A stretch of DNA of 64,000 nucleotides, taken from the sequence record NC_049383.1; one strand, given 5' to 3'. This document shows positions 10,601 through 19,824 of the stretch, piece by piece. The position numbers and the translations under genes are program-made. Below the pieces are notes generated by a model. It saw only the letters and a program-made list of their open reading frames with translations, had not been told where the DNA came from and did no database searches. The first letter of the stretch is position 1, and every line of letters starts with the position of its first letter.

Positions 10601-12074
10601 CCTCTTTTGGTGGAATGTGTAAACCATATGTTAAAGGTAATTCCATGTAAGTATCATTCCATGTTGCTGTAAGGTCTGTATTTAAAACAATACCTTGTGA
10701 AATCTTAGCCATAGATGAATCTATAACTTTATTGATATGCTTTTCAGGAATACCCAATTCATTCAAAAGAATCCATTTTATAATTGTGTATTTATGATAA
10801 TAATTCATCATAAACCAAAACTTATTTATGTTTTTGTTATCTGAATCATCCTTGAAAATATGGTGCATTGGTTTTACCTTAGTAATAACGTGTAAACCTT
10901 TTTCAGAAATAGATGTTTTAGCACATAAATACCAATTATACTTCGATAAAGCCTTATGTAACTTAACTTTCATTTTAGCTACATCTTCTTCATCAAACAT
11001 TTGATTTTCGTAACCGATAACTTTATTTGATTTAGGGTCTTTTATTTCATCAGCACAGAATTTAATATCTAAATCGAACGCTTGTAAACCATTCCAATGT
11101 TCATAATCACCATAATCTTCTGATGGTCTAATACCAGTATATGTAGAGTAAGCAACAGGAATCAAACGAGACTTTAAACCTTTTAGAGTTTTATCTAATT
11201 TTGCTTGATATGCTACGGGGTCTATTTCTTTTAAATCAGCGTTATCACCCCAATTAATAAAGTCATTTTTAGTCTTTTCAAAACGCTCTTTATAAATCTG
11301 TGTAACTAATGGGTTGTTGATAGACTTATAAATATCAAACATCATTTTACGGTTAATACTAGATGTTTCCGATACAATAAAAGTCTTTTCAGTATTTTGT
11401 TGGTTGTTGTCTAATATTGTTACGTTATTTTGTACAGTTGTATCAATAGATAGTAACCTTAAATATAAGTCATTAATATTCTTAGTATAGGCAAATCTAA
11501 AGTTTCTGATGTTTAAAACAGATTTTTCAATCTCTTTTTCAATAATAACTTTTTTAGAAATATCATCATCATTAAGTAAACCTTCCCAATCCTTACGCAA
11601 TGTATAAAGTAGAGTTAAACAATGTTCTTCAACCATTTCATACTTTGTTTTAGAATCTGTAACCCTCTTTAATTCTCGCTCGAATCTAGTCTCATCATTA
11701 ATAAATTCATGGATATTAATACGTTCATAGGTTGCATTAAAATTATCCTTTGGAAATTCGTTAAGCGATGCGTTTAGATTTTTGAAAACACTAGTTATAA
11801 AATCAATGTATTTTTTCTTTGATTTTTCGAAACGTTCACCTTCTTGTTCCGAAAATTGAAGTAACTTTTCTAAAGATAAATCAGAAATATCTTCACTATG
11901 ACCATATTCCTCGCATAAAAGGTCAATATCAATATTCTTATCTAAGTTAATTAAAATATCATTACGCTGTTTGCGTTCTATGAAAAGTTCATCGTTGGTA
12001 TCATAATCTAAATAATATGATGATGTCGGAGAGTATTTTACGGCTTTAGCCTTTTTTGCGAGTTGTTTTAACAT
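7635..12074 (-). CDS. AEP-type primase fused to SF2 helicase
   Basis: Primase motifs FDLDIK and TSISEKGLHV (VirE-N/BT4734-like); helicase AAPGTGKT, DESH, MTGT, CTRYLGVGVDI, QYNNRIR. Confidence 0.8.
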   Translation of the reverse strand: MLKQLAKKAKAVKYSPTSSYYLDYDTNDELFIERKQRNDILINLDKNIDIDLLCEEYGHSEDISDLSLEKLLQFSEQEGERFEKSKKKYIDFITSVFKNLNASLNEFPKDNFNATYERINIHEFINDETRFERELKRVTDSKTKYEMVEEHCLTLLYTLRKDWEGLLNDDDISKKVIIEKEIEKSVLNIRNFRFAYTKNINDLYLRLLSIDTTVQNNVTILDNNQQNTEKTFIVSETSSINRKMMFDIYKSINNPLVTQIYKERFEKTKNDFINWGDNADLKEIDPVAYQAKLDKTLKGLKSRLIPVAYSTYTGIRPSEDYGDYEHWNGLQAFDLDIKFCADEIKDPKSNKVIGYENQMFDEEDVAKMKVKLHKALSKYNWYLCAKTSISEKGLHVITKVKPMHHIFKDDSDNKNINKFWFMMNYYHKYTIIKWILLNELGIPEKHINKVIDSSMAKISQGIVLNTDLTATWNDTYMELPLTYGLHIPPKEGMELDEWILEPNNLKRMLTSVSMKALGNETLDDARSRRRKNSSQHTFKVERVDNVVKYDFKVGNLPSISEIKPIDYANIDKGQRDFIRHKAMRTIVALYDGSENTRKLVRHYLKVDVYGKDTWGDEKEFHGKWNYAVKKPTVFNNVLPFLNKAGFKIELDDSKIEEIKNSKMGASIEGLKNSTVSLKEIIPHYSFRLPKATPYLGQIGNQIVDSLTYSKINVIEAAPGTGKTTLFNKLAKKYRICLVCPYQSVLKNKVEGDIDASQYFDTFYGGKKIDFSKLGNKSVATTFDTFNTLTEEDYKKFDIIAIDESHLLFTEGFRGKTSSALVRGVDRFVIDEVLKRDLDFDSNTLYNSNYFIDNEPLLNKLENANKTKVVLMTGTITGELLYFSSKDRLNYIKINSDHKYGKHANFYLCETSKSLKETMAIKMAQSLDEGKTLLVPTNNGDTYINALVEQLKYLTKTEFTDENWGYYSKKTNNDEMCKMINDKSLVPEKIKLIFCTRYLGVGVDIINERKFEVFINGDETTAQDIEQYNNRIRRAFIECSIFYCALEENSSGVVEIKPKIFSTPNEISLRDKNNYQKEISDDKRVATANRNISRNDEKARYKLQEVLTHNEAYHINTAEGVEFNEESFLIKSFAKDFEQIATSACYTKYMLQTYYNYTVGYNFTVLDDEDVTKRLGIISKESSKETELKRTKAYEDVIDFCVENKDKILDSKIDYQLYDEREFRIDIIPLKKGKENPLGFDYEIKYSSLYEKQFKEAYTRMKKLLRVYTPEVASEFLKKRISSNGKVKKAETKRDMALFGFLKRLIYDDKLLVANYDIFKIVEEFLNDGMNDIQYIDEHNFIFNEFAVSGIINKINNYGNSFISKLGDGLSFQSNKKITEIYENAKETLKTLFEMRKVKGSEDFKLTRRMIPPIKKDNSNGFLGNEELEKFLMGDTYTNKEYNEDEIDLDEVTNRKGEDMSKTISNNKSGSFSDFQYDII

Positions 12075-12247
12075 AGTATGATTAGTATTAAAAATAATAA
12101 AAAGTCGTGGAAATCAAATTTTTCAAGAAAGATAAAAGGAACAGTTTTCAGAAATTTTAGTCATTCCACGACAAATAAATCAAACCGCAATTATAATATA
12201 TATGTTTTGAACAATAAACAAAATTAGTTTATTCTACAAAAATTATA

Positions 12248-12595
12248 CTATAATTGTATTTTTTCCATTTCTTTTTTGAATAAATTAGAGAATTTCTTAG
12301 CTGAATTGCCTGATTTAGAATCAGTTGATACACCATCAAAGAATAATGTTTCACATAATCTATAAAGTTCATTTAATGGTAAACATATCGAAATATCTTC
12401 CATTTTAGTAACTTTTAGTTGTTTTTCTACATCTTCTCTAAGGGTTTCCCCTATTTGAATTGATTTGAAATTTGGTGTTTCAATATCCACATATTCATCA
12501 TATGATAAACCATTCAAACCATTTAATGCAATATCATTACAATTATCAATGTTTTCTGATTGTTTATCATTTATGTAAATTATTTTTTCGCTCAT
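12248..12595 (-). CDS. hypothetical protein
   Basis: 115-aa ORF with promoter at 12609. Confidence 0.75.
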   Translation of the reverse strand: MSEKIIYINDKQSENIDNCNDIALNGLNGLSYDEYVDIETPNFKSIQIGETLREDVEKQLKVTKMEDISICLPLNELYRLCETLFFDGVSTDSKSGNSAKKFSNLFKKEMEKIQL

Positions 12596-12608
12596 ACTTT
12601 ATTTTTTG

Positions 12609-12664
12609 CAAAGGTAATTATTTATTTTTAATTATCCAAGGCAGAAATTAATCTACCTTGGATT
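12609..12664 (-). promoter_or_regulatory. promoter overlapping terminator
   Basis: -7 TACCTTTG (12609-16), 20-nt spacer, TTG in the stem of atccaagg...ccttggat hairpin. Confidence 0.7.
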
Positions 12665-12681
12665 TTAATATAACAATATTT

Positions 12682-13095
12682 TTATTCAAATAACTTACCA
12701 ATTTTGTCTAATGCTCCCGTTAACCCACCTGTGAATGCTAAATTTAAGATATCGGGATTCTTAGAACTTCCATATCTAGTTTCATACAATGACCAGTTTT
12801 TAAAATCTGTACTAGAACCTTTTAAACCATCGCTTTCTAATGATTTAGCATGACCCCAAAGATTCTCATGTTTGAAAATTACTTTTATATCATTGATATT
12901 GATACGCAAATCTGAAATTTTGTTGTTGTTTTTGTTGTTAATTTCTACTTTATTAACATCAGGCAAATTCATCATATGTAATTTAAAACCTTGTAGCATA
13001 GCCTGAACTCGATTTGAATCGATTTCGAATTGTGTTTGGTCTGCTTCATCATAAATTACGATTATTTTACTGATTTCTGAAATGTTTTGCTTCAT
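12682..13095 (-). CDS. hypothetical protein
   Basis: 137-aa ORF. Confidence 0.75.
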   Translation of the reverse strand: MKQNISEISKIIVIYDEADQTQFEIDSNRVQAMLQGFKLHMMNLPDVNKVEINNKNNNKISDLRININDIKVIFKHENLWGHAKSLESDGLKGSSTDFKNWSLYETRYGSSKNPDILNLAFTGGLTGALDKIGKLFE

Positions 13096-13137
13096 AGTAT
13101 AAATATTTTAAGTTTAATGTTTATTATTTTTATTGTT

Positions 13138-13725
13138 ATGCAAAATTTAATTACCAAAACTCATATCGAGCTAGGTAAAACCCCCGAATCTTTCGATGAG
13201 AGAAAAAGAATTATTCTATCATTCCAAGTATTTAACATCCCTGAATCTATTCAAACAGATATTCTAAATGCTTATGATTATTTCAAACTACATCCTGAAC
13301 AATTTGATGGTTCTACAGGTTCACCCGAATCATGGGTGTCACTTTATGAACCACCATCAATGGTTCATGATTTAGACTATATCACATACGGTGGAACGTA
13401 TGAAGGTCGTCTATATGCTGATTTGAAATTTCTTAACTATAAGAAAAGATATATGACTTCTTCTATTTGGCGAAATATTCAATATTTTGCTGTTCGTTGG
13501 GGTGGTTTTTATTACCAAATAAAGAACCGTAGAAAGGGGAATACTAAAAAAGCTCCTAGCGTAAATCTACCTTTTAGAAATAAAAGAACTTTTGTTCAGT
13601 TACTTGTTGAAAGTCTAGGTATAATTACCATAATTCCTTTCTTAATATTCTTTATTGGTGCTTGGATAATTGATTTGAATACCAAACCAACAAAAGAAAT
13701 TAAGAAATTAATGAGAAAGATGTAA
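13138..13725 (+). CDS. DUF1353-like protein with C-terminal TM
   Basis: HDLDY...RLYADLKF and AVRWGG motifs; followed by a plus-strand terminator; start set at ATG 13138. Confidence 0.6.
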   Translation: MQNLITKTHIELGKTPESFDERKRIILSFQVFNIPESIQTDILNAYDYFKLHPEQFDGSTGSPESWVSLYEPPSMVHDLDYITYGGTYEGRLYADLKFLNYKKRYMTSSIWRNIQYFAVRWGGFYYQIKNRRKGNTKKAPSVNLPFRNKRTFVQLLVESLGIITIIPFLIFFIGAWIIDLNTKPTKEIKKLMRKM

Positions 13726-13740
13726 GAGGAACATTTTTGA

Positions 13741-13764
13741 ACCCACCCATTCGGTGGGTTTTTA
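13741..13764 (+). terminator. intrinsic terminator
   Basis: acccacc-cattc-ggtgggt followed by a T-tract on the + strand. Confidence 0.75.
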
Positions 13765-14004
13765 TTTTGTTAAAGAATATGCCTTTCTATGTCTTATTAA
13801 GTTAACATCAATATAACCGCTACTCTTTAACCCTGAAATCATTTTAGGTAAATCATTTTCGAAACCTCTATTAGTTTCCGAAAAAACACTCATCTGTTTT
13901 TCAATACCCTCACTAATCTCTTTTATATTAGAGTTTGGGTTCTCTCTTAAAAAGTCAATAATCAATGCTTGTTGGATTGATACTGGTTGTAAATTGTTAT
14001 TCAT
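13762..14004 (-). CDS. winged-helix-like DNA-binding protein
   Basis: IIDFLRENPNSNIKEISE...ISGLKSSGYI pattern. Confidence 0.55.
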   Translation of the reverse strand: MNNNLQPVSIQQALIIDFLRENPNSNIKEISEGIEKQMSVFSETNRGFENDLPKMISGLKSSGYIDVNLIRHRKAYSLTK

Positions 14005-14038
14005 ATTTATATTGTTTTGTTTTGTTGTTTTACACTTA

Positions 14039-14068
14039 CAAAGTTACGAATTAATATAACTTATACAA
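14039..14068 (-). promoter_or_regulatory. Bacteroidota-type promoter
   Basis: -7 TAACTTTG (14039-46), 19-nt spacer, TTG. Confidence 0.65.
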
Positions 14069-14085
14069 GAACTTTTTTAAACTTT

Positions 14086-14646
14086 TTACGGAAAACCGTA
14101 AATATTTTCACTAACTATCTCTAAACTAGACCAAAAAAAATTATTATAATTTATTAAATAGTATATTACAATACCAAATTGTAATATAACCCATAATCTA
14201 TTCGGTGATTCTAAACCATATCTCTTGAAAAAGTTAGATAATAACAATGTTAAAGGGATATAAACCCAAAAAGCTATATCAATAATACTAAAACAACCAA
14301 GTATTAACCATAATAAACGAGAAAAAGTTATAAGAATCAAAAGAATACCAAATAAAACTGTATATAAACCCTTAATCATTAATTTCTTTGCTATCTTATT
14401 TTTAAACATAGCCTCTTTCCTAATTTCATCAATATCATCAACACTATAATCTTCACTTTTTAATAATTCATTTAACTTTTCAGATGTATTATCAATTTCT
14501 ACCTTTATAGTAGATGATTCTTCACTACATTCCTTAGAATTAATACCGAATCTCTCAAAAGCATATTTAAAAACATTAGGGTAAAATAATTGAATAATTA
14601 ATGAACCTAATGTGAATAGTGTTAAGTAATAAAAAAATGTTTCCAT
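14086..14646 (-). CDS. membrane protein
   Basis: 186 aa, N-terminal and C-terminal hydrophobic helices. Confidence 0.75.
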   Translation of the reverse strand: METFFYYLTLFTLGSLIIQLFYPNVFKYAFERFGINSKECSEESSTIKVEIDNTSEKLNELLKSEDYSVDDIDEIRKEAMFKNKIAKKLMIKGLYTVLFGILLILITFSRLLWLILGCFSIIDIAFWVYIPLTLLLSNFFKRYGLESPNRLWVILQFGIVIYYLINYNNFFWSSLEIVSENIYGFP

Positions 14647-14672
14647 AATAAAAATTAGAACCCATTGTTATA

Positions 14673-14707
14673 AGGGTCGTTTACTGGATTCTTTTATAAA
14701 CGACCCT
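14673..14707 (-). terminator. probable terminator
   Basis: agggtcgttta/taaacgaccct inverted repeat after the Mre11-Rad50 stop. Confidence 0.55.
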
Positions 14708-14712
14708 GTTAA

Positions 14713-17700
14713 TTAAATTTTCTCTACAATCTTACTACCATCATTAGTTGGTATAACCTCTAAAACTCTAGTCTCACCTATATCTTCAATATCATGGTCA
14801 ACAACATATAAGGAAATATCTTGCTTCATCCTAGACATCAAATCAACAAAAACTTTTTCATAGTTATCAGCCTTGTAACTCAAACCTTCACCATTATTCA
14901 ATTGACCCGAAATCTCATCAATAAATAAGAAGTTAGTTTTTAATAACCTATTTAGTGATTTAAGCGATTTTAAGAGACTTAAACCTAAAATAGATGTTTC
15001 CATACCACTAGTTAATAAAACACCACTTATAGCCTCTTTTTTAAGGTCTATCATACGTAATTCTAAAGATTCTTTATCAAAGAATAATCTTAAAGGAACA
15101 TCAGATAATAATTCCGATAAATTCTTATTCAGTAAATCTATAATAGAAATGAAAATGTACTTCTGCAAACCTTTATTACCCAACATGATTTTGTATTGCT
15201 TCAAAATAGAAGTAATCAAATTATATTTCTTTAATGAAACAATATCCTTCTCAATATTAACAATACCTTCTCTTAAAGTAACATTCTTTGTCTTTAAAAT
15301 ACTCTGCTCACTAGTTAATTGAATAACCACCTCATCCTTCTTCTTTAATAATCCCTCGTTAAACTCTATATCCTTGAAAACATCAGATAATCCATTCGAA
15401 ACCAACTTCTCATTTTCTAAAATTGTTAACTGTCCTTTAACAATTTCGATATCCTTTTCAATCAAATCAATAGAACCCTTAGTCGATGTGATAGCATTTT
15501 CAATCCTATTCTTTAAATCTATATTTGACCTTAGTTTAGTAATATCACCATCAATAACATCAATCTCATCTTGTAAAGTTTTGATTGTTAAATCAATAGT
15601 GTTTTTACTTTGAATCTTTTCAACAATTTGATTCTTTCGAGTTTTAATATAATCAACATCTAAATAAGTTTCATCATCTTCAAGTTCTGTTTTCTTTGTT
15701 TCAAGCTCTTTAATCTCTATATCAATAGTCTTGAAGAAAGTACTTATTTCCTTAACTTCTTTGGTTAATTCAGCATCTTCTGTAATCTTATATGTAATTT
15801 CCTTAGATTTTAAAGCGTCATACTCTTTTTGTAATTTGTCCTTTTCTGATAATAAAACTAAAGCCTCATTCGATAACTTAATAACCAACTCATTGTATTT
15901 AGAAATATCTTTAGATTTTTCAATCATTTCATTCTTAGTCAATTGAATAGAACCTTCAATATCCTTATCAACATACGCATTACACTTATGACACTTTGTA
16001 GAATCTTCTAGCGAATGTAATCGCTCTTCCAAAGTATTATATGAACTTTTAGATGATTCTAAATTATTCTTTGCAGTAGAAGATTCTGTACTTTTATTAT
16101 TATACTCAACACTTTTATCATTCAAAAGTTTAGACGATTTTGATAATTCATTGTTATGCAATTCTTTTCGTTCATTTAAACGAGTCTGAACAATATTACC
16201 TATCTCTTTTAAACGCGTGTTTTTAACAGCTTTTTTGGATTTCTTATCGATAATTTTAGCTTCGATATCAGTAATCTTTTTATTATGCTCATTTCGTAAC
16301 ATAGTTTCATGATTCCTAATCTCTGTTTCTATAGTATCAATTACTGGCTGAATGTTATTCTTTTCTGAAACCTTATTTGACTTTTCCTGAATCTTCAATA
16401 ACTTTTCAGCCTCTTTTTCAGTAATTGATTTATTAATACTATCCAAATTCAAATTTTCATTTGCTGTATTAAGCTTATCCAATTCAGTATTCTTTTTAGC
16501 CAAATCATCACTATGTGATTGCATCTTGGTATTTGATTCTGTTATAGACTTCTCAATTTCCGATACTGGTTTAACATTACCAACCTTTTCATTAAGTTCT
16601 TTTAATTTACTATTAAGCTCTTCCTTTTCAATATCAATAGATTTGAAATCCAACTTAATCTCTTCTAAACGTGATTCGTTTTTCTTAATATCATCATCAT
16701 TCTCTGCAATCTTATTGAATAAACCATCGATTGTTCCTTCGGGTTTAGTTAAAGAATTTAATGTTTTGTCCTTGAAATCATCATACCTTTCATTCATTGG
16801 CTCAAAGAAATCTAAACCAACAATTCTAAGAATCTCAAAAATCAGCTTATCTGACTTCATTTTTAATAATTGTGATAATGATGATTGATTAACGAACATT
16901 TGACCAAAGAACTCATTTTGGTTTATTAAACCTGTCATAAATTCATGAACAGATTCATAGTTATCAACAACCTCGCCTGTAGGTTTTGTTAATGTAACTT
17001 CTAATGAAGGAACACCAGTAATAGAATTTTTCCAATCTGCTTTTCTCCAATTTGAAACACCACGTTTCCAATTTCTTGAAATGGTTTTTGTCAATTTATA
17101 AGGCTGACCATTAACTGTAAATGAAAGTACTAAATTAACGACATCATTTGGTCTAGTATAATTGAAAAGTGATAATCTATTATCCTTTTTAGTAGTAACC
17201 TTCATGTTTTGGTCTAAAACATCAGTAAACATATAACCAACCAATGTATATAGCTTTGTTTTTCCAACAGCATTAGAACCCAATACACGAACTATTGAAC
17301 ACTCATCAGAAAATTTAACATTAACACCATCACCGAAAGTTAAAGCATTATCAATATCAAAAGATACTAATCTAATATCTTTTAATTCATTAATGATATC
17401 ACCTTTTTCAGCAAATTCTTTTCTAAACATTCGCATTAAAAGTTCCTTACCTTTTTCCTTCTCGTCAGCAGAAACTGTTGAAGTTTTATCGATAGCGACA
17501 TTAATATACTCTTGTGCTTTTTCTAAAATACTTTCAGTTGTAAATAATTCATCCATGTTCTCAACAGTTGTTTCAACATCATTGAAATCAATACCAACAG
17601 TCTTACCAAAAACAGGGTCTTCAATAATACAATTACACCTTCCTTTTAAGTACTCATAAATCTTATCTTGATGCTCATAAAATAAATCCACATTATCCAA

Positions 17701-18645
17701 TACCTTGAAACGAATCATATTCAATGGTGATGATTGGATATCCAATAATGAATAATCATCATACTTAAACTTCTCATCTAATTCAATAGTATGCCTTGTA
17801 ACTATAGGATTAACACGAATAAATTCAATTTCACTATAACGTGTTCCGTTATAATTCACCATATTGAATCCATGCTTACTATTACCTTTTTGGCGACATA
17901 TACCATTTCTATAATAATTACCCTCACCAAAATTTCTCATAATCGTTGATGAACAATATGTGAATGTGGTTGTTGAGGTTCTTATAATATCAGGATTATG
18001 TATATCTCCCGCTAAAACTAAAGGTGAACGAAAATGTGAAAGTTTTATCTTATATGACGAAAATTGCTCCATTGGTTTATCATCAAACCCCTTACAATTA
18101 GCAATTGGGTCATGGAATAACTCAATATAATCCATAGGATTTTTGTCTTTCGCATCATCCAAATCCCAAGGAGAATATGGTAATCTATCAACTTTATTAT
18201 ACTTTTCATAATGACCCCAGTTTGCAAATTTAACACCATCAACCTCATAGAAACCAGTTCTTTTTAGCAAATGAATGTTAGGTAAATTAATCATTTTGAT
18301 TACATTCTCAACATCATCCGATATAACTTGCATATCATTATTCATTAGAATAGTGTTATTAGTACTCGCTAAATCGTGATTACCTAATGAAATAACTGTT
18401 GTGGCTATATTAGATAATTCTTTTAGAAAATAAGATAATAACATTCTTTCTGCCGATGTTGTCCTACAGAACTCAATCAAGTCACCTGTAATAACATTCA
18501 TTTCGGGTTTTTGTTCTCTAATCCTTTCGAGAATCAAATCAATGGTTTTTATCATTTCATCATAACGATTTCCAGTAGGAGTACTCCTAGCCTCTAATTG
18601 GAAATCAGCTAAATGACAAATCCGTTTAATTGTTTTTAACTCCAT
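14713..18645 (-). CDS. Mre11/SbcD nuclease - Rad50/SbcC ATPase fusion
   Basis: Metallophosphoesterase motifs HLAD, TGDL, GNHD, FHD, GDIH; Walker A GSNAVGKT; coiled coil with CHKC hook; signature TSGME; Walker B FIDE; H-loop VVDH. Confidence 0.9.
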   Translation of the reverse strand: MELKTIKRICHLADFQLEARSTPTGNRYDEMIKTIDLILERIREQKPEMNVITGDLIEFCRTTSAERMLLSYFLKELSNIATTVISLGNHDLASTNNTILMNNDMQVISDDVENVIKMINLPNIHLLKRTGFYEVDGVKFANWGHYEKYNKVDRLPYSPWDLDDAKDKNPMDYIELFHDPIANCKGFDDKPMEQFSSYKIKLSHFRSPLVLAGDIHNPDIIRTSTTTFTYCSSTIMRNFGEGNYYRNGICRQKGNSKHGFNMVNYNGTRYSEIEFIRVNPIVTRHTIELDEKFKYDDYSLLDIQSSPLNMIRFKVLDNVDLFYEHQDKIYEYLKGRCNCIIEDPVFGKTVGIDFNDVETTVENMDELFTTESILEKAQEYINVAIDKTSTVSADEKEKGKELLMRMFRKEFAEKGDIINELKDIRLVSFDIDNALTFGDGVNVKFSDECSIVRVLGSNAVGKTKLYTLVGYMFTDVLDQNMKVTTKKDNRLSLFNYTRPNDVVNLVLSFTVNGQPYKLTKTISRNWKRGVSNWRKADWKNSITGVPSLEVTLTKPTGEVVDNYESVHEFMTGLINQNEFFGQMFVNQSSLSQLLKMKSDKLIFEILRIVGLDFFEPMNERYDDFKDKTLNSLTKPEGTIDGLFNKIAENDDDIKKNESRLEEIKLDFKSIDIEKEELNSKLKELNEKVGNVKPVSEIEKSITESNTKMQSHSDDLAKKNTELDKLNTANENLNLDSINKSITEKEAEKLLKIQEKSNKVSEKNNIQPVIDTIETEIRNHETMLRNEHNKKITDIEAKIIDKKSKKAVKNTRLKEIGNIVQTRLNERKELHNNELSKSSKLLNDKSVEYNNKSTESSTAKNNLESSKSSYNTLEERLHSLEDSTKCHKCNAYVDKDIEGSIQLTKNEMIEKSKDISKYNELVIKLSNEALVLLSEKDKLQKEYDALKSKEITYKITEDAELTKEVKEISTFFKTIDIEIKELETKKTELEDDETYLDVDYIKTRKNQIVEKIQSKNTIDLTIKTLQDEIDVIDGDITKLRSNIDLKNRIENAITSTKGSIDLIEKDIEIVKGQLTILENEKLVSNGLSDVFKDIEFNEGLLKKKDEVVIQLTSEQSILKTKNVTLREGIVNIEKDIVSLKKYNLITSILKQYKIMLGNKGLQKYIFISIIDLLNKNLSELLSDVPLRLFFDKESLELRMIDLKKEAISGVLLTSGMETSILGLSLLKSLKSLNRLLKTNFLFIDEISGQLNNGEGLSYKADNYEKVFVDLMSRMKQDISLYVVDHDIEDIGETRVLEVIPTNDGSKIVEKI

Positions 18646-18655
18646 ATATTAAAAA

Positions 18656-18811
18656 TTAATTTAGTTTACTTAATTCATCTTCATATTTTGAGATTTCAGC
18701 ATTTAGTTCACGCCTTCTTGAAATTTCAAAAAGACTGCAACTTGATAATGCTATTTTCAAGTCTGTAATATTTTGCATAATTGCAACTCTCTTGCTATAA
18801 TTATTTGTCAT
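18656..18811 (-). CDS. small hypothetical protein
   Basis: 51 aa from MTNNYSK; promoter directly upstream. Confidence 0.65.
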   Translation of the reverse strand: MTNNYSKRVAIMQNITDLKIALSSCSLFEISRRRELNAEISKYEDELSKLN

Positions 18812-18832
18812 GTTTTTAAAATTTAGATAGCG

Positions 18833-18863
18833 CAAATATATAATTTTTATTACTAAAAACAAA
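18833..18863 (-). promoter_or_regulatory. Bacteroidota-type promoter
   Basis: -7 TATATTTG (18833-40), 19-nt spacer, TTTG (18860-63). Confidence 0.75.
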
Positions 18864-19100
18864 AAATATCTTAAATAATTTTTGAAATCAAAATAATGCG
18901 TTTTAAGACATTTTAGAGAGTTTTAATAAACTTTTGGTATCAACATATAGATTTGTTATAAAAGTTGCTTAAATATATCTTAAAATACGTTATATTTGAT
19001 ATAGGAGTCTCTTTATTACACATAGATGAAGTTAAAAACAATTGGCTTTTAAAAACCAATTTCATAAAAATGGCTTAAATAAGTCATTTTTAAACATGAT

Positions 19101-19276
19101 TTTATTTATGTTATTTGTATTTATAATATATAAAAGAAAATGCACCTAGGTACATTTTCACTGATTTTCTTTTAATGAAAAATTTGTTTTATTGAGAATC
19201 TTTCAAAGAATTTGTTAAAATATTATAACTACAATAATGTTTGTATATGTCAAAAATTTTTCGGGTGTAAATGTTT
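19101..19276. repeat. dispersed ~176-bp non-coding repeat, copy 1
   Basis: Ungapped match with about 12 substitutions to 60366-60541; near-palindrome gaaaatgcacctaggtacattttc. Confidence 0.95.
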
Positions 19277-19621
19277 AATTTTAAACAATTTGTTATAAAA
19301 TATAAATTTTATTACTTAAAAATCTTATTATTAGGTATTTAACTAGAATTTTTAGATAAGACTAAAAATATTATTAGGTATGTCTAAAAATTCAATTTTT
19401 CAATTATTAATTAAAACTTACAGATTGTAATCAAATTATGTTAAAATACTTACATATTATAAGCAAAATCATACATTAAATTAAACATTAAAATAGTTTT
19501 TGTTGTATAGTTTCGATAACTAATTTATAATCATGTATTTAAAAATGTTAAAATTTTAATAAGTTTCCTTAAAAATGTTAGAAAGTTACAATTTATAACT
19601 TGAAATAACACATTTAATTGC

Positions 19622-19659
19622 AACAAAAAATCCCGCTATTTTTAGCGGGATTTTTTGTT
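19622..19659. terminator. intrinsic terminator (bidirectional type)
   Basis: 17-bp perfect inverted repeat aacaaaaaatcccgcta/tagcgggattttttgtt. Confidence 0.85.
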
Positions 19660-19823
19660 TAAATTTCTTCTGAAATTGATTCAACTTTTTTCTTAATTTT
19701 TGCTAATTTTTTATCCTTTTTAGCAAGCTCTTTTTCCAAAAATAATGTATAATTATTCTTATTATATGGATTGAATTTAGACAATCCTTCTTCTTCTAAA
19801 TACTTCTTTCTATACTTTGACAT
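19659..19823 (-). CDS. small basic protein (not in ORF track)
   Basis: 54 aa MSKYRKKYLEEEGL...SISEEI filling the gap before the terminator. Confidence 0.6.
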   Translation of the reverse strand: MSKYRKKYLEEEGLSKFNPYNKNNYTLFLEKELAKKDKKLAKIKKKVESISEEI

Positions 19824-19824
19824 A

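Noticed and set aside
1881-13105. T4-type late promoters TATAAATA (1881, 7197, 13098)
   Set aside because: About 20 chance copies per strand are expected at this AT content, and no late sigma factor is visible in the window; kept only as a weak hint
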